This document shows, piece by piece, positions 45,047 through 53,776 of a DNA stretch of 64,000 nt (positions are counted from its first letter, which is position 1; the number at the start of each line of letters is the position of its first letter). The DNA lies in contig JANQJU010000095.1 in the NCBI GenBank assembly GCA_028281495.1, forward strand, positions 25,206 to 89,205. Direction: 5' to 3'. Both the position numbers and the translations under genes were made by a program. The notes under the pieces are model-generated. The model saw nothing but the letters and a program-made list of their open reading frames with translations, had not been told where the DNA came from and made no database searches. This DNA comes from SAR324 cluster bacterium. GTDB lineage: Bacteria; SAR324; NAC60-12.

Positions 45047-47569
45047 ATGCTTGCGTCAATCAACGTTCCGCCGTCTGTTTCCAAAGGGCAGGTAGTCCTC
45101 ATTTCAATTCTATTTTGCGCATCTGGCTTCGTGGGCTTGGTGTACCAAGTGCTGTGGATGAAAGAGTTGGGACTGTTGTTTGGAAACTCTTCTCAAGCGG
45201 CAGCCACGACCTTGGTGGCGTTTTTCTTAGGGTTGGCGGTTGGAGGGTATGTTTGGGGCAAGCGTTCCAAAAACATTCGGCATCCACTTCGAACGTACGC
45301 ACTGTTAGAAGTTGGAGTCGTCTGTAGCGCGCTCCTTTATTATGTTTTGTTGGACACCTATTATCTTCTGTACAGTCCCTTGTTTCAAATCGTTGGCGAT
45401 TATCCAACGGTGTTTGTAACGCTCAAATTTGTACTGGCTGTCGTTATTCTCTTTTTGCCCGCCTTTTTTATGGGGGGGACCTTGCCTCTCATGAGTCAGC
45501 ATTTGGTCCGAAATGCCAACTCTTTGGGAAAAACCACTTCTTTGTTGTATGCCGTCAATACGCTTGGAGGCGCATTGGGGGCATACATGGCAGGATTTCA
45601 TTTGCCTCCGTTGATGGGGTTTGATCGAACCTATGTGGTCGCCTTAATCTTGACCGGGGGCGTTGCACTGCTTGCCTGGGTTTTGAGCTATTTTTCGGCA
45701 CCGCCTGCTATTCATCAATCCCCCTCACCTCCTGAAAAACCACCCACCTTGCCACTGATGTCATGGAACTCGATACGAGCTTTGGCGTTTCTTTCAGGTT
45801 TTGTGGCATTGAGCGTCGAAATTTTGTGGACTCGTATGTTTTCGCAAGTGCTTCAGAATTCGGTGTATACGTTCTCCACGGTACTTGTCATTTTTTTGGT
45901 ATCTCTTGCCTTGGGAGCTTGGCTGGCTAGTTTTTTAGCCCGATATGATTTCAACCCCTTGGCCACGATATCGATCCTCCTCCTTTTATCCGCATTGCTC
46001 ATCGGATTAACTCCCTTTTTATTTTCGTGGACAACCAATGGATTGCAGTATTTGGGAGGTAAAAAAGATTGGATCGACTACATGGTAGAAATCTTCCGAC
46101 ACGGCGGTACCGTCATGTTGGTGCCCGGGATTTGCCTGGGCAGCATTTTTCCGTATTTGCTCAAAATGAGCGAGGCTCACCATCAAGCCGCTGGTGAAAC
46201 GGTAGGCCATTTGATAGCAATCAATACCTTGGGAGCAATTGTCGGTTCGGTCAGTGCAGGATTCGTCTTCATGCCGTTGTGGGGTTTATGGAACAGCATT
46301 CGATTGATGGCTGTCATTTATCTGCTCGTGGTCCTTTTTCTTGTACCCCCTAAACCGAGTCGGACCAAACTGTTCCAATGGGCAGCTGCTTTCGGCTTGT
46401 TGCTTTTGATTACGGTTTTTGAGCCATCTTCCGTACCCCTGATTCGAGTGGATCCTGTCAAAAAGAAAGAAGTTCTTTATGAGTATTGGGAAGGGAGCAA
46501 CGGGACGGTCGCCGTCGTAAAACGGAAAAATTCTCTCAAGATCAAAGTCAATAACTATTACAGCTTAGGAGGAACCGGAGCAAAAAAATGGGAAGCCAAG
46601 CAGTCCCATCTGCCTCTCTTAATTCATCCGAATCCAAAATCCGTGTTCTATCTAGGTATGGGAACTGGAATCACCGCAGGGGCCGCATTGAGTCACCCTG
46701 TCGAACGAGTCGTCGTGAGTGAACTAATCCCTGAAGTGGTTGAGGCCGCCGAGAAATACTTTCAGCCTCATCTCAATGGCTTGTTTACCGATCAACGTGC
46801 TTCCATCGTTACCGAAGACGGCCGGAATTATCTATTGGGCACGTCCGAACAATTTGATGTGATCATCGCGGATTTGTTTATTCCGTGGAGAGCGGGTGTG
46901 GGGAGTTTGTATACACAGGAACACTTTGTCACGATCCACCAACATTTGAAAAAAGGGGGGCTGTTTGCCCAATGGTTGCCCTTGTATCAATTGACAGAAG
47001 CCGACTTTGGAGGAATTGCTCGTACCATGCTCGAAGCATTTCCTCAGGTGACGATGTGGCGGGGGGATTTTCTTTCCAGAAAGCCAATTGTAGTCTTGAT
47101 TGGTCATCAAAATGATCAACCCTTTCAACCTTATGATCTTTCACAACGCATGCAACAAGTGGGGGTGGAATTCAAACAAACCCCTGTGGGTCATTTTCCA
47201 TTTTTTTCGCATTATGCGGGGAACCTTTCTAGTGTCAAACATCTCTTTAATTCTTATCTTATCAATACTGATGATTTGCCATTGATTGAATATCAAGCTC
47301 CTATCAGCCATCGTCAGCAAAAAGCCCGTCAATCCCAATGGTTTGTCCAAGAAAAATGGACTCGCTTTGTCGAAACGGTATTGACCCATCATCCTCCTGC
47401 AAACGATCCTTATTTAAAAAACCTCCCGACACAACAATATCGGTTTCCTCACGCAGGACTCTTCCTTCACCAAGCTAAGGTGGCTCAATATCAAGGAAAT
47501 TCAAAGCAATTCACCACGTTGCTCTACCAGTACCACCAGCAGGTGAAGACGCATGAGACCTTGCCTTAA
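45047..47569 (+). CDS. Polytopic membrane domain fused to a spermidine-synthase-like (polyamine aminopropyltransferase fold) domain
   Basis: The first ~440 aa have many TM helices. The C-terminal domain has VFYLGMGTGITAGAAL (SAM-type G-x-G), VVVSELIPEVVEAAEKYF and FDVIIADLF. Confidence 0.75.
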   Translation: MLASINVPPSVSKGQVVLISILFCASGFVGLVYQVLWMKELGLLFGNSSQAAATTLVAFFLGLAVGGYVWGKRSKNIRHPLRTYALLEVGVVCSALLYYVLLDTYYLLYSPLFQIVGDYPTVFVTLKFVLAVVILFLPAFFMGGTLPLMSQHLVRNANSLGKTTSLLYAVNTLGGALGAYMAGFHLPPLMGFDRTYVVALILTGGVALLAWVLSYFSAPPAIHQSPSPPEKPPTLPLMSWNSIRALAFLSGFVALSVEILWTRMFSQVLQNSVYTFSTVLVIFLVSLALGAWLASFLARYDFNPLATISILLLLSALLIGLTPFLFSWTTNGLQYLGGKKDWIDYMVEIFRHGGTVMLVPGICLGSIFPYLLKMSEAHHQAAGETVGHLIAINTLGAIVGSVSAGFVFMPLWGLWNSIRLMAVIYLLVVLFLVPPKPSRTKLFQWAAAFGLLLLITVFEPSSVPLIRVDPVKKKEVLYEYWEGSNGTVAVVKRKNSLKIKVNNYYSLGGTGAKKWEAKQSHLPLLIHPNPKSVFYLGMGTGITAGAALSHPVERVVVSELIPEVVEAAEKYFQPHLNGLFTDQRASIVTEDGRNYLLGTSEQFDVIIADLFIPWRAGVGSLYTQEHFVTIHQHLKKGGLFAQWLPLYQLTEADFGGIARTMLEAFPQVTMWRGDFLSRKPIVVLIGHQNDQPFQPYDLSQRMQQVGVEFKQTPVGHFPFFSHYAGNLSSVKHLFNSYLINTDDLPLIEYQAPISHRQQKARQSQWFVQEKWTRFVETVLTHHPPANDPYLKNLPTQQYRFPHAGLFLHQAKVAQYQGNSKQFTTLLYQYHQQVKTHETLP

Positions 47570-47712
47570 CAACTCAAGCATTTCTCAAAAGTTTGATCCC
47601 GTTGACGATGACTGTCATCATGGATCCCTTTATACGCGACTATAAAATGAAGATTTTTGTGGTTGCAGTAGGGGGTGTCTAGGAGAGACCAGACTCATGA
47701 TGTTTTAGGGGA

Positions 47713-48615
47713 ATGACGGCGTGGCTTATGCAGATTGACAACATCCATGATGCCATTGTGTTGATCGAAAATCACCTGACAGAACCACTGGTGCTGCAAG
47801 AGGTGGCAAGTCATGCTCGGATGTCGTTTCGGCATTTTCAACGACAATTCAAAGCAATGACGGGGGATTCGGTTAAAGAATATTTACGAGCACGACGGTT
47901 AAGCTCCGCAGCAACGGATCTGGCAACAAGCCAAAAACGTATTTTAGAGATCGCCCTCGATTATCAATTTGAATCCCAAGAAGCCTTCACACGCGCATTT
48001 TCTCAACGATTTTTTCAAACACCGGGAAAATTCCGAAACAGCAGTTTCAGGAATATCCAACTCAATAAAATTCCGTTGACTTATGAAGCGCTCGAACACT
48101 TTCAGCGAGGTCTGACACTATCCCCGACAATCACCACCCTACCTTCGATGAAAGTGGTGGGGTTGAGAGCAACATTACAATCGTTTGGATCACGAACGGA
48201 TCTATCCAATTTACAAAAAGTGGATCGCGTCTATCGAGAATTTGACATCCGAAAGTTTGAAATCCAGAAAGTGATCCTTCCCCAAGGAATGCCCTGGGAT
48301 TATTCGATCAATGCGGTGTGGTATTCCCCAAAGCAACCAAGCGATGAGATGATGTATTTGGTCTGCTTGCAGGTCGAAGACTTTCACAAAATTCCCCAGG
48401 GTATGGAGACCCTCATTCTCCCTCAAGCACGTTATGCTTACTTTCGTCACCACGGACATTTAGATCACAATCTGTACACCACCAATTATGCGATCACGTC
48501 TTGGTTTCCCAAATCGGTCTATCGCCTCGGAAATGCTCCCATCCTAATGTACCACTACCATTTTGCTTCGGGGACAAACGACATCTATTCTGAACATTAT
48601 TATCCTGTTCAGTAA
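47713..48615 (+). CDS. AraC-family regulator with GyrI-like effector-binding domain
   Basis: The N-terminal HTH pair is LQEVASHARMSFRHFQRQFKAMTGDSVKEYLRARRL...ILEIALDYQFESQEAFTRAF. The C-terminal ~170 aa resembles a GyrI/SOUL-like small-molecule-binding domain. Confidence 0.8.
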   Translation: MTAWLMQIDNIHDAIVLIENHLTEPLVLQEVASHARMSFRHFQRQFKAMTGDSVKEYLRARRLSSAATDLATSQKRILEIALDYQFESQEAFTRAFSQRFFQTPGKFRNSSFRNIQLNKIPLTYEALEHFQRGLTLSPTITTLPSMKVVGLRATLQSFGSRTDLSNLQKVDRVYREFDIRKFEIQKVILPQGMPWDYSINAVWYSPKQPSDEMMYLVCLQVEDFHKIPQGMETLILPQARYAYFRHHGHLDHNLYTTNYAITSWFPKSVYRLGNAPILMYHYHFASGTNDIYSEHYYPVQ

Positions 48616-48731
48616 TCTCGAAAACCACTCCCACTCGCCTCGTCTTCATTTTGGCATAAAATATCAAAACATCTGATTCGTTCATTGATAGATTACGGCT
48701 ATCGACGCTCCGACTCGCGTGTTTCAGGGGA

Positions 48732-48769
48732 ATCCTGTGAGGATCATTTTATCCTGTGAGGATCATTTT
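48732..48769. repeat. Perfect tandem duplication of 19-nt ATCCTGTGAGGATCATTTT (each unit a 5-bp hairpin ATCCT-GTG-AGGAT plus T-run)
   Basis: Read directly at 48732-48750 and 48751-48769, between the AraC-family gene and the serine hydrolase gene. Confidence 0.9.
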
Positions 48770-48866
48770 TTGTTGTACGAGGAGGCGGTTATTAAAGACC
48801 TGTGGAATGTGGGGTTCTGTTTGTGTGTTTCGTGAATCTTTTATCTATGGACTCGAAAGGGAGAAA

Positions 48867-50402
48867 ATGATGGCAATCCAATTGATCGATCGGTGCGCGT
48901 GCTGGCGTTTCCTAACCAAAGGGTTGATGTTGGTGAGTTTGTTACTGCCTGGAGTGGGGTGGGCGCAATCCTCGGACGCTTGTGTGGATGTTTCAGGCAT
49001 TTGGAACAGTGTGGAATATATGAAAGGGGAGTGTGAGCACGGAACCCAGTACCGTCGTTTGGAAATCCAACAAACCGGATGTGCCATCCAGTGGGTGGGA
49101 ACCGAGGTCACCGGTGAAGTGAACGGTTCTCAGATTACTTGGAATGACCCTTTGCCAGACCGTCATGGTCGAGGATGGTATACCTTGGAGGAGGGAACAC
49201 TCACCGTGTCCGGGTCACAAGTTGAAGGGACTTTGGTGTGGGAGTGGTCGGATGACATCAAGTACTGTATGGGCGAAACGCAGTTCCAAGCCACCCGTCA
49301 CGTTCCCGAGAGTAGAGCAATCTCGGCCTCGGAAACTGTCACAGGTCCCTGGGAGCGTGACTATTGGCCCACCGCAGGTTGGCGAACCAATACCTTGGAA
49401 GCCCAAGGGGTGGACCCCAAGCCTATTGCTAAAATCGTAGAGCAAATACCCACTCAATTACCGTTTTTGTCGAGTTTGCTGATTGTGCGTCAAGGAGAAT
49501 TAGTTTGGGAACAATATTTTCCAGGCAAGTATCAACCTGCACCTCAACCCGAACAGTTGCAGCATGTGTATTCGGTGACTAAAAGTGTGACCAGTGCGCT
49601 GGTGGGTCTCGCGATGCAGCGTCAACAACTCCACGATGTGGACCAAACCTTAGAAGACCTATTGCCTCAGGTTTACTTGGAGTCTGGACTGGAAGCGGAC
49701 AAACGGAAAATCCGCTTGCAAGACTTGTTGCAAATGACTTCTGGTTTCAAATGGATAGAAAACTTCACCGACCCCACCGGAGTCTCCACAAAATGGGCCT
49801 TTGCTAACGATTGGACCCAAGCAGCGTTAGCTCTACCTTTAGAGAACAACCCAGGGTCCCGCTTCAACTATAACTCGGCCAATTCCCATCTGCTGGGAGT
49901 GATTGTGAGCGAAGCGACGGGAATGCCGTTGGTGGCCTTTGCCAAAGAAGCGCTGTTTGCCCCGTTAGGCATCACAAATTATTATTGGTCACGAGAAGGG
50001 CAAACCTCATTTTTGACAGTTTCCAATAATAAAGGACAGTATGACCATGGCGGCGGTGGCCTGGAACTCACGGCCCGGGATTTGGCAAAGTTCGGTTATT
50101 TGTATCTGAATCAAGGCGTATGGGAGGGACGACAGCTTCTTGCCAAAGACTGGGTAGACGAGTCGTTCCACAACACGGTGAAGACCGGAGACCCCTCGAC
50201 CTATGGCTATCAATGGTGGACCTATGATGGTTGGAAATCTCCCTTTTATTATGGAGTGGGCTTGGGAGGACAATTGTTGTTTGTAGTACCAAAACAAGAT
50301 TTGGTGATCGTGATGACATCCCACCGTCCGGCGACTCCCAGTCCGGTGATAGACCTCACCTATTACTACAATTTTCAAGCGTTGATGGATGCTTTGCCGT
50401 GA
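48867..50402 (+). CDS. Secreted serine hydrolase of the beta-lactamase/PBP fold with extra N-terminal domain
   Basis: Canonical YSVTKSVTSALVG (SxxK), YNSANSHLLG (YxN) and HGGGG. I prefer the ATG at 48867 (after GGGAGAA; hydrophobic signal-like LMLVSLLLPGVGWAQS) to the tracked 48756, which starts inside the tandem repeat. Confidence 0.8.
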   Translation: MMAIQLIDRCACWRFLTKGLMLVSLLLPGVGWAQSSDACVDVSGIWNSVEYMKGECEHGTQYRRLEIQQTGCAIQWVGTEVTGEVNGSQITWNDPLPDRHGRGWYTLEEGTLTVSGSQVEGTLVWEWSDDIKYCMGETQFQATRHVPESRAISASETVTGPWERDYWPTAGWRTNTLEAQGVDPKPIAKIVEQIPTQLPFLSSLLIVRQGELVWEQYFPGKYQPAPQPEQLQHVYSVTKSVTSALVGLAMQRQQLHDVDQTLEDLLPQVYLESGLEADKRKIRLQDLLQMTSGFKWIENFTDPTGVSTKWAFANDWTQAALALPLENNPGSRFNYNSANSHLLGVIVSEATGMPLVAFAKEALFAPLGITNYYWSREGQTSFLTVSNNKGQYDHGGGGLELTARDLAKFGYLYLNQGVWEGRQLLAKDWVDESFHNTVKTGDPSTYGYQWWTYDGWKSPFYYGVGLGGQLLFVVPKQDLVIVMTSHRPATPSPVIDLTYYYNFQALMDALP

Positions 50403-50633
50403 AGGAAGGAGGGTTGAATTGGGAAGAACTTCGACCGTTAATAGATAAACACCATGATAGACTGACACAGAACACGAAGATTCAAACGATTAAACCAAGT
50501 CGATTGCTCTGACGAAACCATCGATTTTCGATGCTTGCACTCAAAAGACTTAGGTTTATGAATATACGTGCTCGATAACTGTGTCAGTCATCAGTGGTTT
50601 GTGGCTAAGGATTTCCCACTAGAAACGGGAAAA

Positions 50634-51560
50634 CTAATTAATTGTACAATGGTTTGGAATCAAATTGCACATGTATTCGACTTCAGACTGACTTAAAACA
50701 CTGTTAAACAGATACACTTCATCGACTTCTCCTGTCAGCCAGTTATCCTCGTAAGCATCTCCGCCAATTTGGATTTGTTTGGCTATTGTCAAATTATCAG
50801 ACAGTACGACTTCTTTGACCAAATTAGCATTGATGTACATGCGGATTGTTTTGCTATTGTGGTCATAACTTCCCACCACATGTTGCCACACATTCTCTGT
50901 CAATTTACCAGAAGAATCAGAACTACAATGCCAGGAATCCGTAGTTCCATCATCGGCTCCTAGAGCGAGATGATAGTTGGTATCGCAGCCTGAGTTTTGG
51001 CTTGAGCTAGACCCTCGGAAGTAGAAATGTGATCGTGCGCTCGTGGAACCAACCCCCACAATTCCTTGCCTTAAGTGTTGATTGAGCGTGTTGTTTCCCG
51101 GCTTCACCCATACAGATACGGTGAGGGAACTATTGCCCCAATTGTTTGAAATGTTGCTACCTTGTAAATTGCTGTTCCCGGAAAACTGAGCTGCATTGCC
51201 TAGAGCTCCTTGTGGGGTGGTCGTTAAAGTCCCGATGTTCAAGTGGTTTCCGTTCGGTGATTGGTCATCCGTTGGGGATGGTCCATCAAAGGAATAGTGG
51301 GCAAACAAGCCTCCAGGCATTGTAGGTTGTGAGAGATCTAAAACTGGCAAATCTCGGCCATCCCAAAATTGGATTTTACCTCCATCCCGAGTTACTAAAT
51401 CCGTTACACCGTCGTTATTTAGATCATCAAACCGAAATCCATTGATGTTGGTACAATACTGATTGGTGAGACAATCCAGTATATCTATAGGTTCCGGTTC
51501 AGGAGTCGTGGCAGAAGCGAATGTGGGTGCCGCTAATAGAATCAATAACCATTTTTTCAT
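50634..51560 (-). CDS. Secreted LamG/concanavalin-A-like lectin domain protein with N-terminal FG-GAP/VCBS-like Ca-binding motif
   Basis: Signal peptide MKKWLLILLAAPTFASA. DLNNDGVTDLV is FG-GAP-like. LTVSVWVKP...WQHVVGSYD...IRMYINANLV...GEVDEVYLFNSVLSQSEV is the Laminin_G_3 pattern. Confidence 0.7.
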   Translation of the reverse strand: MKKWLLILLAAPTFASATTPEPEPIDILDCLTNQYCTNINGFRFDDLNNDGVTDLVTRDGGKIQFWDGRDLPVLDLSQPTMPGGLFAHYSFDGPSPTDDQSPNGNHLNIGTLTTTPQGALGNAAQFSGNSNLQGSNISNNWGNSSLTVSVWVKPGNNTLNQHLRQGIVGVGSTSARSHFYFRGSSSSQNSGCDTNYHLALGADDGTTDSWHCSSDSSGKLTENVWQHVVGSYDHNSKTIRMYINANLVKEVVLSDNLTIAKQIQIGGDAYEDNWLTGEVDEVYLFNSVLSQSEVEYMCNLIPNHCTIN

Positions 51561-51762
51561 AGTTCCTCTATGTGATAGTATTGGAAAATAATTTAATGTT
51601 TAGTGGAATTTTCATTGTCCTTTATTGGACAACTGTAAAGACAACAACTTTTTTTGATAGGTTTAAAAAAAAAAGAGAAGTTATTCAATTTTATGGTTTT
51701 GTTAACGTTAGTATTGATGGATAACTTGTCGGAAGGGAGGGGCATGGATTCTCTAGAAGAGC

Positions 51763-52308
51763 TTACTGACTGCGGGGGCCAGCGCCGTATTCTTTTATTT
51801 TCAGATAAATTTTATACAAGGTGGTGTTAACAGCATAAATCGCAAAGCCCCAGCAAAGCCCTCCTAACACAATGAGAAGAGCAGTCCTCACAAATCCTGA
51901 AAAGGCAATCAGGGTCATTTGCCTATACAAAAAAATTGCCACAAATTGAATCATCTCGGTAGTTGAGTCAAATTCTACACTCCTATTGAGCACATTGTAC
52001 CGAGAGAACTGATCGTAAAGTTCTACGATGAGCCTTATCATCACAACACAGGTACTCGCTAGCATTCCAGTTAGGAGCATTTTTTCCCAAGATGGTTTTC
52101 CTTTCAAGCATCGATTCAATTGAACCGCACCCAGCCAACCGGTGATTAACGCGAATGGTACAATGCTCAGCAAATCATCAAGGTACATCGTGATGTAAGT
52201 CCAATCGAGCAAGAGAATCTCCATTTTGGGAATAAGCACATGAGGCACCCAAATGGATAGGATTATCAAGGCCTCGATCAATCCGACAAGTATTGGGGGT
52301 CTTTTCAT
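51763..52308 (-). CDS. Hypothetical polytopic membrane protein
   Basis: 181 aa with ~5 hydrophobic helices and no recognisable motif. AT-rich. Confidence 0.45.
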   Translation of the reverse strand: MKRPPILVGLIEALIILSIWVPHVLIPKMEILLLDWTYITMYLDDLLSIVPFALITGWLGAVQLNRCLKGKPSWEKMLLTGMLASTCVVMIRLIVELYDQFSRYNVLNRSVEFDSTTEMIQFVAIFLYRQMTLIAFSGFVRTALLIVLGGLCWGFAIYAVNTTLYKIYLKIKEYGAGPRSQ

Positions 52309-52362
52309 AGGGATTCGCTTTCAATTGAATTGGTAAAATTCAACTCTCATTTATGTGACCAA

Positions 52363-52404
52363 AATAGGAAGATTTTCTCGCAGAATAGGAAGATTTTCTC
52401 TCAG
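52363..52404. repeat. Tandem 21-nt duplication AATAGGAAGATTTTCTC(G/T)CAG
   Basis: Copies at 52363-52383 and 52384-52404 differ at one base. Located in an AT-rich intergenic region. Confidence 0.9.
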
Positions 52405-52772
52405 ATTAAGAGAGCCTTAGAAGATTGTAGTGAGCAGAGCCATTACCTAAAGACTGTTATCTAAATCAGGGGTAGGACAACCTGAAGTAGTTTTGCTGGT
52501 ATTGGAAACAATCATTGATAGATTTTTTTCTATTCCTGATAGATTAAATTCTATAAATAATGGATCTTTTAGCGAACACTGAAGCTATTTTGAAAAATAA
52601 CCTGTAGTCTGAATTTTATTTTTTTGTTTTAAAATTAGTTACTTATGCGTGGTTTTAATTACTTTTTAAAGAAAAGTGTTCATGTGGCACAAATCTAGTA
52701 GCTAGAAAGGCAACAAGGCACAAAACTTTGAATGCCTTGTCCGTATGAATCCCCTCAAACTTAGGATCGAAG

Positions 52773-53195
52773 ATGATCAATTTTATCGAAGTTAGCAAAG
52801 CAATATCCCATGCGTTACGCCACGAACCATGGCTTTATGAATTGGAATTGGATCAAGAAGGCTGGGTTCCTATGGAACAGATGTTATCTGCATTACACTC
52901 TGAAAAACCGGATTGGGAGTCCTTACAAGAGAGCGATCTTCATACAATGATGGCGCGATCGGAAAAGCAACGGTATGAGATCCAAGATGGCAAAATTCGG
53001 GCGCTTTATGGTCATTCAGTACCAGGGAAGGTCACCAAAACTTCCACAGCGCCCCCCTTGGATTTCGACTCCAGTATTGGGGGTTCGATGCCTCCCGCCC
53101 CTACCAATCTAAAAGGTTTAAATAGAATATCTAACGATAAATATGCAGCTATGGGAAAAGAATTCAAAAGGTTTGAGAAGCTACAGTCAATGTAA
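52773..53195 (+). pseudogene. kptA: RNA 2'-phosphotransferase (KptA/Tpt1), only the N-terminal ~95 codons; the rest of the ORF is read-through into unrelated sequence
   Basis: ISKAISHALRHEPWLYELELDQEGWVPMEQMLSAL...KQRYEIQDGKIRALYGHSV...APP parallels the E. coli KptA N-lobe as I recall it. The expected ..LYHGT.. and the NAD-binding lobe are absent. Similarity ends at nt 53057. Confidence 0.7.
53058..53106 (+). pseudogene. 3' half of a tRNA-Arg(UCG) with encoded CCA (anticodon arm to 3' end), no 5' half
   Basis: TTGGA-TTTCGAC-TCCAG (anticodon UCG with U33 and A37), variable TATT, T-arm GGGGG-TTCGATG-CCTCC, acceptor strand CGCCCCT, then A and CCA. The upstream sequence is kptA coding, with no D-arm or 5' acceptor strand. 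Confidence 0.7.
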
Positions 53196-53348
53196 AAACT
53201 GATAATTTCTATAACCTTTTTAAAAGAATGAAGTCCATTAAACGAGTCTATGGGATGGATTCGATATGTCCACCCGGCGCATTGTTTCTGAAAATTGAAA
53301 TTCTGTGTATCGACCTGGACTTTAGCCAGTGCCTGTCAAGCGCTGGAT

Positions 53349-53421
53349 TCACGCGGCCGCAGGTTCAATTCCTGCCACCTTTCGAGGTGTAGCTCAGTTG
53401 GTTAGAGCACGTGTCTATTGG
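53349..53421 (+). ncRNA. Circularly permuted tRNA-like element (order 39-72 then 1-38) with acceptor helix closed as CACCT-TTCG-AGGTG
   Basis: Read in order: TCACG, CGGCC, GCAGG-TTCAATT-CCTGC, CACCTTT, CGAGGTG, TA, GCTC-AGTTGGTTA-GAGC, A, CGTGT, CTATTGG. All canonical tertiary positions are present (U8, A14, G15:C48, G18G19, T54T55C56, G53:C61). Whether it is transcribed or functional is unknown. Confidence 0.5.
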
Positions 53422-53500
53422 GATAGCTCTGCGAGAGCAACGGACTGAAAATCCGTGAATGCAGGTGGGCCGCAACAGCGGACCATTCCTGCTCCACAAT
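53417..53500 (+). ncRNA. Aberrant tRNA-Phe(GAA)-like element: short D-loop without GG, and a T-loop carrying an 18-nt hairpin insertion
   Basis: Acceptor ATTGGGA / TCC(A)CAAT with one bulge, then TA and D-arm GCTC-TGCGA-GAGC. The anticodon arm is ACGGA-CTGAAAA-TCCGT. The T stem GCAGG/CCTGC encloses T-GGGCCGC-AACA-GCGGACC-ATT. No CCA is encoded. Confidence 0.45.
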
Positions 53501-53776
53501 GCAAAAAGGGAGAGCTGAATATTCGGTGGAGGTGTTTTGAAATAGAGACGAGTTTTGTTTCGAAACCATCATCCACACAGAGTTGATGCTTTGCTCGTAT
53601 GAGGATACCGCTGACTGAATGCTCGGTTAGAGACTGGGCTGGTTTCGATTTTTCCTAATTCTCGAAAAACGATTCCTGTCTAGTTTGCGATTCGTCCAAT
53701 CGGTAAGCTCAATCATTCGACCGCATTGATTGTGTTAAGAATATTCAGTGATCTTGACAGAAAGGAGGTTAAATTC

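Noticed and set aside
53240-53390. Possible (two-piece/permuted) tmRNA, because of GGATGGATTCGATATG and a T-arm plus acceptor-like 3' end.
   Set aside because: The 5' segment does not start with the GGGG acceptor strand. There is no tag reading frame or pseudoknot-sized body (only ~140 nt). The sequence after the T-arm continues into a canonical tRNA D-arm, not a tmRNA. A permuted tRNA-like reading fits every nucleotide better.
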